Source of the DNA: Candidatus Obscuribacterales bacterium
GTDB taxonomy: Bacteria; Cyanobacteriota; Vampirovibrionia; Obscuribacterales; Obscuribacteraceae
Length of the DNA: 64,000 nt
NCBI GenBank assembly: GCA_019752635.1
Contig: JAIELX010000059.1
Span: 63,191-127,190 of the forward strand
Direction: 5' to 3'
The notes beneath the pieces were generated by a model. That model saw only the letters and a list, made by a program, of their open reading frames with translations. It did not search any database and had not been told where the DNA came from. Below, piece after piece: positions 1 to 9,055 of the stretch (positions within the stretch are counted from its first letter, which is position 1; each line of letters begins with the position of its first letter). A program made the position numbers and the translations under genes.

Positions 1-2
1 TG

Positions 3-872
3 AAAATCAGCTTGGGTGCGGCCACGCTCAAAGGTCCCAAGCATGATGTGAAACTGTCCGACCTTAACGGTAACATCCAAATCACAGTTGACAAGGAAGT
101 TCAGCTTGAGAGCGACCTTGGATTTACCATACCGGGGTCTTCACTGCTGGGTGGCGAGCCAGTAGACGTCAAAGCCAAGGGACTGAATCTTTCCGTGTTC
201 AAGGGCAAGACGCTGTTGAAGTTGGATCGTTGTGTTGTGAGCGTCCCGCAGGAAGCGTTCCAGGAAGCAATACGGAAGAAGGTTCCGACCTCGTTCACGG
301 TTAAAGTCAACAAAGCTTTTTCAAAGGAAACACAGTGGCGCTATAAAAACGCAAACGCCAGTGAAGTAAAGGTTAACAACCTCGACGTGCAACACATGGA
401 AGCCAAAGTTGCCAACCAAATTACTTTCAATGCCGCGGCTGATGTTGTGGTTGATGGAACAGTTGAGAAAGAAAACCTGTTCAAAAAGAAGGAAGAGGAA
501 CAGGCTTGGAGCACCCGCCCATGGACTATGTCGGGTAGAGTCGAAAGTGATGGACAGGTAAACTACAAGTTTATTCCGAATGAGAACTGTTCAGACAGCC
601 AGATCGAGTACAAGCTTGCCATGAATATTCCGGTTCCGCACGACGTAACGTTGGATTGGAGTCACGTTTCCGACGGGCTGATGAAGGTTATCGAAAAAGC
701 GATTATAGTTCGAAAAGTTAGAGAGATGCAGATACCAATCAATCTGACCGGAAGGCTAAACTTGTTCTCTGAAAATGACAAGCTGTGGCGGCACTTTCTA
801 ATCACGCAGCTGGCCGTCAAGTCGAACGCGGACGATTGCCGCATCGAGTTTAGCGCCAACGCGAATCTATAA
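3..872 (+). CDS. Hypothetical protein, 5'-truncated at the window edge
   Basis: The frame is open from the window start to TAA at 870-872. No recognisable motif. Confidence 0.7.
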   Translation, partial: KISLGAATLKGPKHDVKLSDLNGNIQITVDKEVQLESDLGFTIPGSSLLGGEPVDVKAKGLNLSVFKGKTLLKLDRCVVSVPQEAFQEAIRKKVPTSFTVKVNKAFSKETQWRYKNANASEVKVNNLDVQHMEAKVANQITFNAAADVVVDGTVEKENLFKKKEEEQAWSTRPWTMSGRVESDGQVNYKFIPNENCSDSQIEYKLAMNIPVPHDVTLDWSHVSDGLMKVIEKAIIVRKVREMQIPINLTGRLNLFSENDKLWRHFLITQLAVKSNADDCRIEFSANANL

Positions 873-874
873 GT

Positions 875-918
875 GCATATGTGCGGCGGAACCACAGGTG
901 GTGCCGCCGACATATGTG
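875..918. terminator. Long hairpin between convergent genes (possible terminator)
   Basis: gcatatgt-g-cggcgg-a-accac/ag/gtggt-g-ccgccg-acatatgt imperfect inverted repeat directly after the stop codon. No clear U-tract. Confidence 0.45.
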
Positions 919-973
919 CGCTCCCACGCAAAACTAGACTGCATTCACCATGCGTGTGTCTCGTAGTAAGGTG

Positions 974-1471
974 TTATGCGTCCCAGGACAGGTCCGGGGG
1001 GTCTCCCAGTTTCGTCTTGCGTGTGACTTGTCCAAGACCAAGCTTTTGATAATAGATTTCAATCTTTGGGTTGAGTTCAGCTTGATTCAATTGATACTCT
1101 TGCGTAAATTTGTTTTTGTGCCAACGACTTTGACCTGCTGTAGCAGCTGTTCTCGCGTTGCTCAGTCCATGGCCATCCTTCTGTATGTTGGACAGGAAAT
1201 CCTCCTTTAGTTGATCGTCTGTGGCATCCATATGAGCTAAGTGATACTCCGGTGAACCGATAGGCAGAAGATCTGCGCGCTGGCTGACCGCGCGAGCAGT
1301 CTTTTCCTCTAGCTTTGCGGTGATCCGGAAGCGATTCTTCTTTCTGAAGAAGTTTAACGCGGATAGTAAGGTGAGATTCATTCTAGTCATTCTAGTAATC
1401 GTCCGTTTTAGTAAATTGTCCGGAGGACCAAAAAGCGGCGTCCGTTTTCGTGCAATATGGACATCATTCAA
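974..1471 (-). CDS. Hypothetical 165-aa orphan protein downstream of the FHA-kinase gene
   Basis: ATG-started ORF that fills the gap, in a locally AT-richer context. No motif recognised and the start is uncertain. Confidence 0.5.
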   Translation of the reverse strand: MNDVHIARKRTPLFGPPDNLLKRTITRMTRMNLTLLSALNFFRKKNRFRITAKLEEKTARAVSQRADLLPIGSPEYHLAHMDATDDQLKEDFLSNIQKDGHGLSNARTAATAGQSRWHKNKFTQEYQLNQAELNPKIEIYYQKLGLGQVTRKTKLGDPPDLSWDA

Positions 1472-1702
1472 TTAGTTAGTCCAACAATACAATTGGACGT
1501 GACGCTTCTTGAGTGGCTTACAAAGTCCGTTTCAGAAGTTAGGGGGGATGTTAAATGCTCTTTAGTAACGCGATGTCTAATTTGAGAATACGCGCAAAGT
1601 GCTTATGGGGAGCGGCAAGTCAACGCCGAGCACTGCTGCGTGATTTTTTTCAACAATACGTTTGAAACTTAGTTGAGCTGTTCTGTGGCGGTTGTTGCCG
1701 AA

Positions 1703-4036
1703 TTACTTTCCGGAGGCTACTTCTATCAGCTCCGGTAAAATGGCTCCGACTACTATCGCTGCTGCCCCGAGTTTGCCTTTCGCTTCGGAGAGGAATGCTT
1801 TGTATCCGCCTTTGTAAGTACGCTCGATGGCTGCTCTGGCCTTCTCTCTGACCTCTTTGTTCTCGGAGAGCAATTCCTTCTCCAGTCGTTTAGCTTCTTC
1901 CGCTGGGATTCCCGCCGTGCGCAGCAGATCTCTTACAACCCCTTTCTCGATGATTCTAGCTACTTGAGCGGCTCGATCGACCGGAGGAAGAGCCTCCTTC
2001 TCGTAGTCGCGAACTGACGCGTCCACTGGCGCCGGCTTATCTGCTGCTGCTGGCTTTCCTGTCACTCTCAACCCCATTCGATCGTGGACTATCTTCTGCA
2101 CTTCGGGGTTACCTTCTGCATAGAGGCGAACGAGCTTTTCGAACTCAGCTTGTGCTGCCGGTGAAGCATCGGCTTTTGACATTTCGCTAGCTGTGTTTCT
2201 AAGTAAAGACAGTACTTGCTCTGTACTCCTCGGTTGCAGTCCCGATTCTACTTTTGTTCGTGCAGCTTCATTCATCAAATCAATTTGTCGCTTACTAAGA
2301 CGCGGCGCCGCCTCCTCTTTGTCGTGCAGTGTGTTCGCTTTTTCAAACGCCTGCTTCAGTTTATCTACTGTAGGACCTGGTTTCATTAGCTCTTCCCAAA
2401 GTCCGCTCGATTTCATAACTTCTTCGGAGAACAAACTGATGCGGGCAACCATTTCAGTTCCGGTTTCGCCTGTACGTGTTAGGCTACTAAGTCCCATGTT
2501 GACGCGTGTTTTCTCAATGTCATGTTTGCGACGCTCAACCGGGTCTGTTGGCTCGACTTCGCGTTGCTTGGCGCCTTCTTGCATGGATACTGCTTCCGGG
2601 AATTTGCCCTTCTCTGCAAACCAGCGAACCCGCGACAGAAGCGCGTCGGCCTCGGCACCACTGAGCCCGAGCGCCTTCAATTGTTTTCGTCCTTCTTCGT
2701 TGTCGTACTGCTTTACGAAGCGATCAAACTTGTCTTTGAACTCCTTTGATATCGGCGAGTTCGAGAAATACTTGAAGAGCTCTTCGTTCACTCCCTGATT
2801 TGCCGCTGTCTCCATGATTGGTGCCTCGTTTTTTGCGAAGGCATGATCCAGATCAATGTTAACTACTGACACACCGCCACCGCGGCGCGGAACAATTCGG
2901 AAGTTACCGGCATGTGCATCATGGTCTCCATAAATTAGTCGTTCGAGAAATGCTTGCTCGATCTCTCGGCGTAGGCGCGGGTCTTCTTTCATAAGAGTTG
3001 GAATGTCTTTGCCCTTGCCGAGCTTTATTTCCATCTCCAGGTTGAAGTCTTCTCCTGCTGAAACTTGAACTGAACCAAACTTCTGCTCACCGTTGACTTC
3101 GAAGCGTCTCACGCTGGTCGGGGGAAACCCGTTGTCGAATCCAAGCATCTTGTTCAAATCATAGGCCGCCAACTCTTTGCGAACTCGTGCTACAGCCTGC
3201 GCCTGGTTCATGTTGCGAAGGTAGACGTTGTAAGTCGTACCGTCCTCAGCTTTGACCTTGCCGGTATATTTCTCGTGTCCGGAGTTTCCTCCTCTTTTGG
3301 ATTCGGGCTCGCCAACTATCTCGCCTTTCGCAAGGTCTTGTTGAAATTTGTCCGGATGTGGAACCACCAGACCTGCAACGCGGAGCGGTTCCGCTGCTTT
3401 GGGTGCCTTGCCGCCTTCCAGTTGTGGAGAATTCGCAAAGCGAAGCGAGACCACATCTGCAAGGTAGATTTTTTCGCCTGTGCCGATTTTTCGCTCTTTG
3501 CTGTCTTTGTCGGCGACGACAAACGTTCCGTTTGTCGAATTGAGATCTCTGATGAAGAGTCCCTTCTCATCGCGACCGATAACGGCATGTCGGCGGGACA
3601 TTCCGGGAAAGTTTATACCGTCTTTGCCCCGCTCCAGGACGTACTCTCCACCGACAGGTACGTTGATGGTGAGTTCCACCGCACCGAACCGTAGGGTCGC
3701 TTTGCCGGCGTCAGTGGCTTCCGGGGCGGGTTTTTGTGCGTCGCCGATTGCAGGCTTCTCTTCTTTCTCCGGTTCGCCGTCTTTCTCGTTACTTGAGTCG
3801 GCTGGAGGATTTGTGCCTGTGCTCTTCTCTGCGTCGCCTTCAGGAGCCCCGGTGCCGCTGTCCTGTTCCGAAGAGTCGAACAAAGTTATTTCCGGCAACT
3901 CGAGTTTTGCGCTTGTTCTGTTGTCGGCTGGCACCACTGGTGCGCCTTCCGCTTCGGCTAAAAGTTTGTCCGATGTCTGTTGAACTCCACGTGGTTCAAC
4001 TTCATTGTCGACATCCGAAAACAGCTCTTTGTCCAT
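1703..4036 (-). CDS. FHA domain + atypical PI3/PI4-kinase/HipA-like kinase + shared C-terminal helical domain (777 aa)
   Basis: FHA motifs (GMSRRHAVI, RDLNSTNGTFV). Kinase motifs RKELAAYDLNKMLG..FPPT..GSVQ, catalytic loop GDHDAHAGNF (2900-2929) and IDLDHAF. The C-terminal ~175 aa aligns with two neighbours. Confidence 0.85.
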   Translation of the reverse strand: MDKELFSDVDNEVEPRGVQQTSDKLLAEAEGAPVVPADNRTSAKLELPEITLFDSSEQDSGTGAPEGDAEKSTGTNPPADSSNEKDGEPEKEEKPAIGDAQKPAPEATDAGKATLRFGAVELTINVPVGGEYVLERGKDGINFPGMSRRHAVIGRDEKGLFIRDLNSTNGTFVVADKDSKERKIGTGEKIYLADVVSLRFANSPQLEGGKAPKAAEPLRVAGLVVPHPDKFQQDLAKGEIVGEPESKRGGNSGHEKYTGKVKAEDGTTYNVYLRNMNQAQAVARVRKELAAYDLNKMLGFDNGFPPTSVRRFEVNGEQKFGSVQVSAGEDFNLEMEIKLGKGKDIPTLMKEDPRLRREIEQAFLERLIYGDHDAHAGNFRIVPRRGGGVSVVNIDLDHAFAKNEAPIMETAANQGVNEELFKYFSNSPISKEFKDKFDRFVKQYDNEEGRKQLKALGLSGAEADALLSRVRWFAEKGKFPEAVSMQEGAKQREVEPTDPVERRKHDIEKTRVNMGLSSLTRTGETGTEMVARISLFSEEVMKSSGLWEELMKPGPTVDKLKQAFEKANTLHDKEEAAPRLSKRQIDLMNEAARTKVESGLQPRSTEQVLSLLRNTASEMSKADASPAAQAEFEKLVRLYAEGNPEVQKIVHDRMGLRVTGKPAAADKPAPVDASVRDYEKEALPPVDRAAQVARIIEKGVVRDLLRTAGIPAEEAKRLEKELLSENKEVREKARAAIERTYKGGYKAFLSEAKGKLGAAAIVVGAILPELIEVASGK

Positions 4037-4177
4037 GCCCTGCTTACCACGCGCAACCTTTCCCTGTTAACAGAGTAAGTAGAGATCGTTGAGAAACAGT
4101 TTAGCGATCGGCGTTTTGTCGTCTACTTTTTCTTCTCGGGAATGGGTTACCCGAGCCTGTTAGACCCTTCTTTGTGC

Positions 4178-4546
4178 TTAGTCGATAAAGCCTGGCGCCA
4201 CTGCCGTAAATTCTTCTTCCGTGAGCACTGTAAGCTTTGCTGAAGGACGGTTCCATTTGAATATGGTGATTGGAGCAACCATGTCTCCTTCTGTTTTGTT
4301 CGCTTCCGGAGTAAGGGCGACATACTCATCTGTTTCCATCTTAATGAGCTTTACTACGGACATTGGTACCTCTTTCTCAAACTCTATGTAGAAATAAGAG
4401 ATGCTACCGAAGTTCTTTATCTTATTAACTTCAAACTGTGTTCCCGGCGTTGCGAAGTCGTCGAAAGCGAATATCGATCTTGTGTATCCCCTCTTGCGCG
4501 CATTTTGTAACCTTGCGTCGCGGAGGTTGTTGGTTGAGTTTGTCAT
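4178..4546 (-). CDS. Hypothetical 122-aa protein co-transcribed after the lyase-like gene (candidate immunity/partner)
   Basis: Starts 11 nt after the upstream stop. Globular, aromatic-rich, no signal peptide. Confidence 0.7.
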   Translation of the reverse strand: MTNSTNNLRDARLQNARKRGYTRSIFAFDDFATPGTQFEVNKIKNFGSISYFYIEFEKEVPMSVVKLIKMETDEYVALTPEANKTEGDMVAPITIFKWNRPSAKLTVLTEEEFTAVAPGFID

Positions 4547-4557
4547 TGTTTCAGCCC

Positions 4558-6579
4558 TTACTTCTTGTCTATAACCTGAGGAATAATTGTGCCCGCAACA
4601 ATCGCCGCCGCACCGGCACGGCCTTTGAATTCACTCATGAAAGCTCTCATCCCGCCCCGTGTTTGATAGTGTGAGGCTATCTCCTTCGCCGCTTTTTCGC
4701 GCTTAGCTTCGTCTTCCGATACCAAGTCCTTTGCCAGTTCGCTGGCCTTTTCCTCCTTGACGCCTTGCTTTACCAACGCTGCCTTTACCGGACCCTCGCG
4801 AAGAACAGCTGCTGCCGCTGCCGTTCTTTGCTCCACTGCCACTGCGTCCCTCTTCAAATCCGTCACTGATGAATCAGCAATTGGACCATCAGCGACCTTT
4901 TGCTCGCCGGGCACAGGCAGTCCTATTGTTTCGTGTACAGCTTTTACGACCTCCGGTACGCCATCGGCATACGCTTTTTGAAAGTCCCGGAACTCATCTC
5001 TCTTGGACTCGGACCAATCTCCAGTCCGATCGATTTGGTCGAGTGTATTCTTGAGCAATTGCTTAACTTGCTCCGGTGTTTTAACTTCAGGACCATCAAA
5101 GGCTAGGTCTCTGGCTTGATCCAACCCCTCTAAGATAGTAGACGAAAAGGCGGGCTTTGCCGCTGCTGGCGCTTTGCCTGCTTCCGGCTTCGCGGCGGAC
5201 TTCTCTGCCGCCACTTCGTCGATTCGGGCTTGAGCCGGGTCAGCATCCATCATTCCATAAAGAGCGTAAATCGCAGGTCTGCCAGTTAACTTTCCGGGGG
5301 TTTTGTCAGCTTTGCTTTCATCGAGATACATCTCTCCATTGCCTAGCACTGCGGATGCAGGAGTAATGAAAATCATTTTGCCGCTGCGGTCGTAGGTCAA
5401 TTGCTCCGGAGCCAGACCGGCATCCTTTTCAATTTGACGAAGCGCATCCCAGCTCAAGTCATTACCGTTCATGCCCAGCAGCCCGTATGCTTTGGTAAGC
5501 TCCTTCTGCAGCTTTTCGTCTACCCGTGCCCCCCTGTGTCCGCCGGGATACTCAGCGACAGTCTCAAACATATCTCGTTCCACCGACACGCGTTTCGATT
5601 CAGTTTTGGCACGGCTGTTATCGCCAACGGTTCCGGTTTTGTAATCCGCCGGCAATGAAAGTTTTTTCTCTACTAAAAGCTTGTCGATCGTTGCTGCAAC
5701 TTCGGCGACTTTCGCTACCGGAAGATAGATCGTGAACCCTTTGGAGTTCTGTCCTTCGCCGTTGGCCCTTTGGCCGCTGCCGATATCTTCAAATGTTGGA
5801 TCAAAGAAGTTCGGGTCAAATGTCTTATATTGACTCACCGACCCTTCTTTGCGAAGTTTTTCAAGTAGGGGTAGCAGTTCCTTCTGTAAACTTGCCATGT
5901 CTTCTGAGTTTAGACCGGCAACGTGAAGTTTCACTTGCTCGACCTTGGCACCGTCTTTCATTTCGCTGTAGTACCACTTTTGACCGCTCCGCGGATCTCT
6001 CTTTAAGTTGATTGTTTCGTCGCCGATTTGTACTTGGCGCGTGTACTTGTACTTCTCTGCTTCGGGAGTTCGAACTGTTACCGTGGTACCGTCGATAACC
6101 CTTGTTCGCTCCTTCACCGTTCCTACGACATCGTTCTCTATTTCTCGGAGAGTGACTTCCGGTTTCGGCTGTGCAGCTTGTTTTCCGTCGCCAGCCGCTT
6201 CTGGCTTGGGCGGTTCACCCGGCTTGTCCCCTTTTTCGTCGCCGGGGGTATCGTTCTCTGTTGCACGCGTTTCCACCGCGTGCCCCGGGGCGGTAGGTGT
6301 TTCAGGACCGTCCGTTTGTGAATCTGCGGAACCCGCTTTGGGATCACCGACGGTTTGATAGTTGCCGTCCCCCGGCGCAGTAGCATCAGAAGCGTTCGTG
6401 CTTCCGTCACTCAGTGTGAGGCTTGGAATGACACCTGCTTGCTCAAGTTGCGCGGTGTTCAGCGCCGCGAGCGCCACAGGAGAATGATGCCTATAGTCTC
6501 CAGGGGTGACAAACCCGAACGCTTTTGGTTCTTCTAATTCAGATTCCGTATGATCGACAAAATCGAGTGCGTCTGCCAT
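4558..6579 (-). CDS. Phosphothreonine lyase-like (OspF/SpvC/LanKC-lyase-type) domain protein with shared C-terminal domain
   Basis: Ordered motifs VKLHVAG ... QYKTF ... QRANGEGQNSKGFTIYLP ... VGD ... VSVERD. ATG at 6579 has a GGAGAG RBS (the ORF track starts at 6615). Confidence 0.65.
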   Translation of the reverse strand: MADALDFVDHTESELEEPKAFGFVTPGDYRHHSPVALAALNTAQLEQAGVIPSLTLSDGSTNASDATAPGDGNYQTVGDPKAGSADSQTDGPETPTAPGHAVETRATENDTPGDEKGDKPGEPPKPEAAGDGKQAAQPKPEVTLREIENDVVGTVKERTRVIDGTTVTVRTPEAEKYKYTRQVQIGDETINLKRDPRSGQKWYYSEMKDGAKVEQVKLHVAGLNSEDMASLQKELLPLLEKLRKEGSVSQYKTFDPNFFDPTFEDIGSGQRANGEGQNSKGFTIYLPVAKVAEVAATIDKLLVEKKLSLPADYKTGTVGDNSRAKTESKRVSVERDMFETVAEYPGGHRGARVDEKLQKELTKAYGLLGMNGNDLSWDALRQIEKDAGLAPEQLTYDRSGKMIFITPASAVLGNGEMYLDESKADKTPGKLTGRPAIYALYGMMDADPAQARIDEVAAEKSAAKPEAGKAPAAAKPAFSSTILEGLDQARDLAFDGPEVKTPEQVKQLLKNTLDQIDRTGDWSESKRDEFRDFQKAYADGVPEVVKAVHETIGLPVPGEQKVADGPIADSSVTDLKRDAVAVEQRTAAAAAVLREGPVKAALVKQGVKEEKASELAKDLVSEDEAKREKAAKEIASHYQTRGGMRAFMSEFKGRAGAAAIVAGTIIPQVIDKK

Positions 6580-6858
6580 CTCAACTCTCCCAGCTCCGCC
6601 CGGCCCCAAAAACACCCATCCATGGTCTTAATGAGGCAAATATAGTGGTTAATGATTGAGTAACCGTTGAAATTCAACAACGATGCTGAATTGGGAATCC
6701 TCCCATTTGATTTAATGTGGATGGATTCTTTGCCGTAAACTGTCTTCAGGCAGTCGTCTGGCGGACTTTTTTCGACTGAGCAAACTCAATTGTTTTTCAA
6801 CGGTTCAAACCTACTCTCATTTGCAGGTAGGTTTGGTTGTTTTGAGGCGGGTTGAACG

Positions 6859-8961
6859 ATGGATGTCGATGATTTACTTAAAGTTTCAGATGAGCGGAAT
6901 GATGGTTCTTCTGAGAATAATGGACTCACCGTTGAAATTGATGAAGCTGACAATAAGACGGTAATGGCGGCCTCTAGATCCAGTGATACTACTAGCGGTG
7001 CGCTTCCAGCCTTTAGCCTCGATGGTATCGATGAGGAAGTCGGTCCGAATACGCCTGAAGATGAGAAAGACGGTCCGGGAGACGACAAGCCCAACGAGAG
7101 CAAGCCGGAGCAGACAACCGCGGCGAACACTGACGATACCAAAGTGTCCACGCAGGTGAAGATCGGAGACATAACGCTAGATGTGAAGGTCGGTGGAAAG
7201 GTTGTGTATGGGCGTGAAAGTGGCGTCACCGAGCCGAATGTGTCGCGCCGCCATGCTGAAATTGGGCGCGATGGAAAAGGGCTTTATGTGATCGACCTGG
7301 GCTCGACTAATGGAACGTACGTCACTCGCGACGGTAAACGTGAGCAAATTCCAGCGCACACGAAAGTGTATGTCGCTGATTTGAGCAAAGTCGAGTTTTC
7401 CAAGGATGGACCATCAATGGCAGGCGGGAAGCCTGAGAAAGTCGCTGCTCCTCCGCCGCCGGCGAAAGAAGGCGACACTGTTGTCGCGAAGGCGCCTCCG
7501 GATGTAAGACCGGTGCCTGAGATTGGCGGGCAGGGAGTAACAAATCCCGACCGTATTCAAAGAGAACTCACGCACGCCAAAATGACGGGTAAGCCGGAGT
7601 TGGTTTCCAGTGACGGTGAGCGAGAAGTTTATCGAGCAAAAGTCACAATTGACGGGCGGGAACGCGAAGTCGTCTTGCGGCATACAAACAACCGAGATGC
7701 TGCGGATCAAGCCCGAAAGGAACTCGCTGCTTATGAATTGAGTAAGTTTCTTGGAGTTGCTGATACATTCCCTGCTACAAGTGTTCGCGAATTTGAAGTA
7801 AATGGCGTGAAGAAGTTGGGCACTATTCAGCTCGCGGATCAAGGCAAAAATCTTGAGTCTCAACTTCGTGAAATGGCTCAGAAAAAGTATGGTGATAACT
7901 CTGAAGAATCAGTCAAGAAGCTTATTGCGGAAAATCCGAAACTGAAGGCTGCAATTGAAAAAGCTGTAGCCGAGCGCGTCATCTTCGGCGACAAAGCCTT
8001 CGAAGCTAAGGACTTCACCCTGCGCGAAGTTAACGGTGAGTTCAGCGTTCTCAACAAAGGAATTGAGCGTGGATTCGAAACCGCTCCGAACCCCGCAATG
8101 GAGTCCAAGCCTGGCGATAAGATGAGCGCAACGGTGCAAGACGCTTTCTCCGGCAAGGAAATTACTCCGGAAGTGCGCGCTAAGGTCGTCGAGTTTCTTG
8201 GAAAATACAACAATAAAGGAGGCTATGAGCAGTTGACCGAACTCGGTCTCAGCGAGAAAGAGATTGATCACATGATGGCCAGAGCGAAAGTTATTGCCGA
8301 AGGCGGCAAGTTTCCCGTTGCTGAAGTGAAAGCTCCCGGCGCCGCTACCGGTGATACCAAAGCGTCTCCGTCTCTGATGTACAATTTATCGTTGTCCCGC
8401 AGAACTATGCCGGCCGAGCTTGAATTCAAGACCAAAGAGCAAGTGGCCGCTCACATGGAAAGGGTTCTTGCGAAGCGAGAAGAAGATAAAAAGTTTACAG
8501 CCGATAATCGTACCGAGTTTAAGCAACTGATAGAAGCTTACAAACAGGGTGACCCGAATGCCGTAAAACTAGTGCATGCAGAGCTTGCTCTTACCTTCCA
8601 GGTTGAGCCTCCGTCCAGCGCAGTTGTCGATAATGCGGCCGCCAAGGATCTGGAAAGAAGTACCTTGTCTCCGGAACAGAAGTCCGCGGCTAGCGAAAGG
8701 CTGATTGCCAAAGGAACCCTAAGTACCCTTCTTGGCGAGGCGGGCGTTTCGGTAGATAAGGCCAAACAGTTGGAAAAGGATTTGCTGTCCAAGGACAAAG
8801 AAGTTCAGTTGAAAGCCCGTGACGAGGTCGAGAAAGCCTATAAGGCCGCAGGGAAAACCGGAGGCTACAGAGCATTCCTCTCTGACGTAAAAGGACGCGC
8901 CAGCGCTGTGGCATTAGTTGCCGGTCCTGTAATTGCGGCTTTGCTGCCTTCGAACAATTAG
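6859..8961 (+). CDS. FHA domain + probable pseudokinase + shared C-terminal domain (700 aa), paralogue of 1703-4036
   Basis: FHA (YGR..VSRRHAEI..DLGSTNGTYV). The N-lobe RKELAAYELSKFLG..FPATSVR..GTIQ is conserved, but the catalytic loop reads GDKAFEAKDF and the IDLDHAF equivalent reads KGIERGF. Confidence 0.85.
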   Translation: MDVDDLLKVSDERNDGSSENNGLTVEIDEADNKTVMAASRSSDTTSGALPAFSLDGIDEEVGPNTPEDEKDGPGDDKPNESKPEQTTAANTDDTKVSTQVKIGDITLDVKVGGKVVYGRESGVTEPNVSRRHAEIGRDGKGLYVIDLGSTNGTYVTRDGKREQIPAHTKVYVADLSKVEFSKDGPSMAGGKPEKVAAPPPPAKEGDTVVAKAPPDVRPVPEIGGQGVTNPDRIQRELTHAKMTGKPELVSSDGEREVYRAKVTIDGREREVVLRHTNNRDAADQARKELAAYELSKFLGVADTFPATSVREFEVNGVKKLGTIQLADQGKNLESQLREMAQKKYGDNSEESVKKLIAENPKLKAAIEKAVAERVIFGDKAFEAKDFTLREVNGEFSVLNKGIERGFETAPNPAMESKPGDKMSATVQDAFSGKEITPEVRAKVVEFLGKYNNKGGYEQLTELGLSEKEIDHMMARAKVIAEGGKFPVAEVKAPGAATGDTKASPSLMYNLSLSRRTMPAELEFKTKEQVAAHMERVLAKREEDKKFTADNRTEFKQLIEAYKQGDPNAVKLVHAELALTFQVEPPSSAVVDNAAAKDLERSTLSPEQKSAASERLIAKGTLSTLLGEAGVSVDKAKQLEKDLLSKDKEVQLKARDEVEKAYKAAGKTGGYRAFLSDVKGRASAVALVAGPVIAALLPSNN

Positions 8962-9055
8962 AGCGGAAGTTTACGCTTTCTCAATAGTCACCAATTACTC
9001 TGGGTTCAGGGTGATTGCACGGCACCGCAGAGATGCCGAAGGTAAAGGTTAGTCC

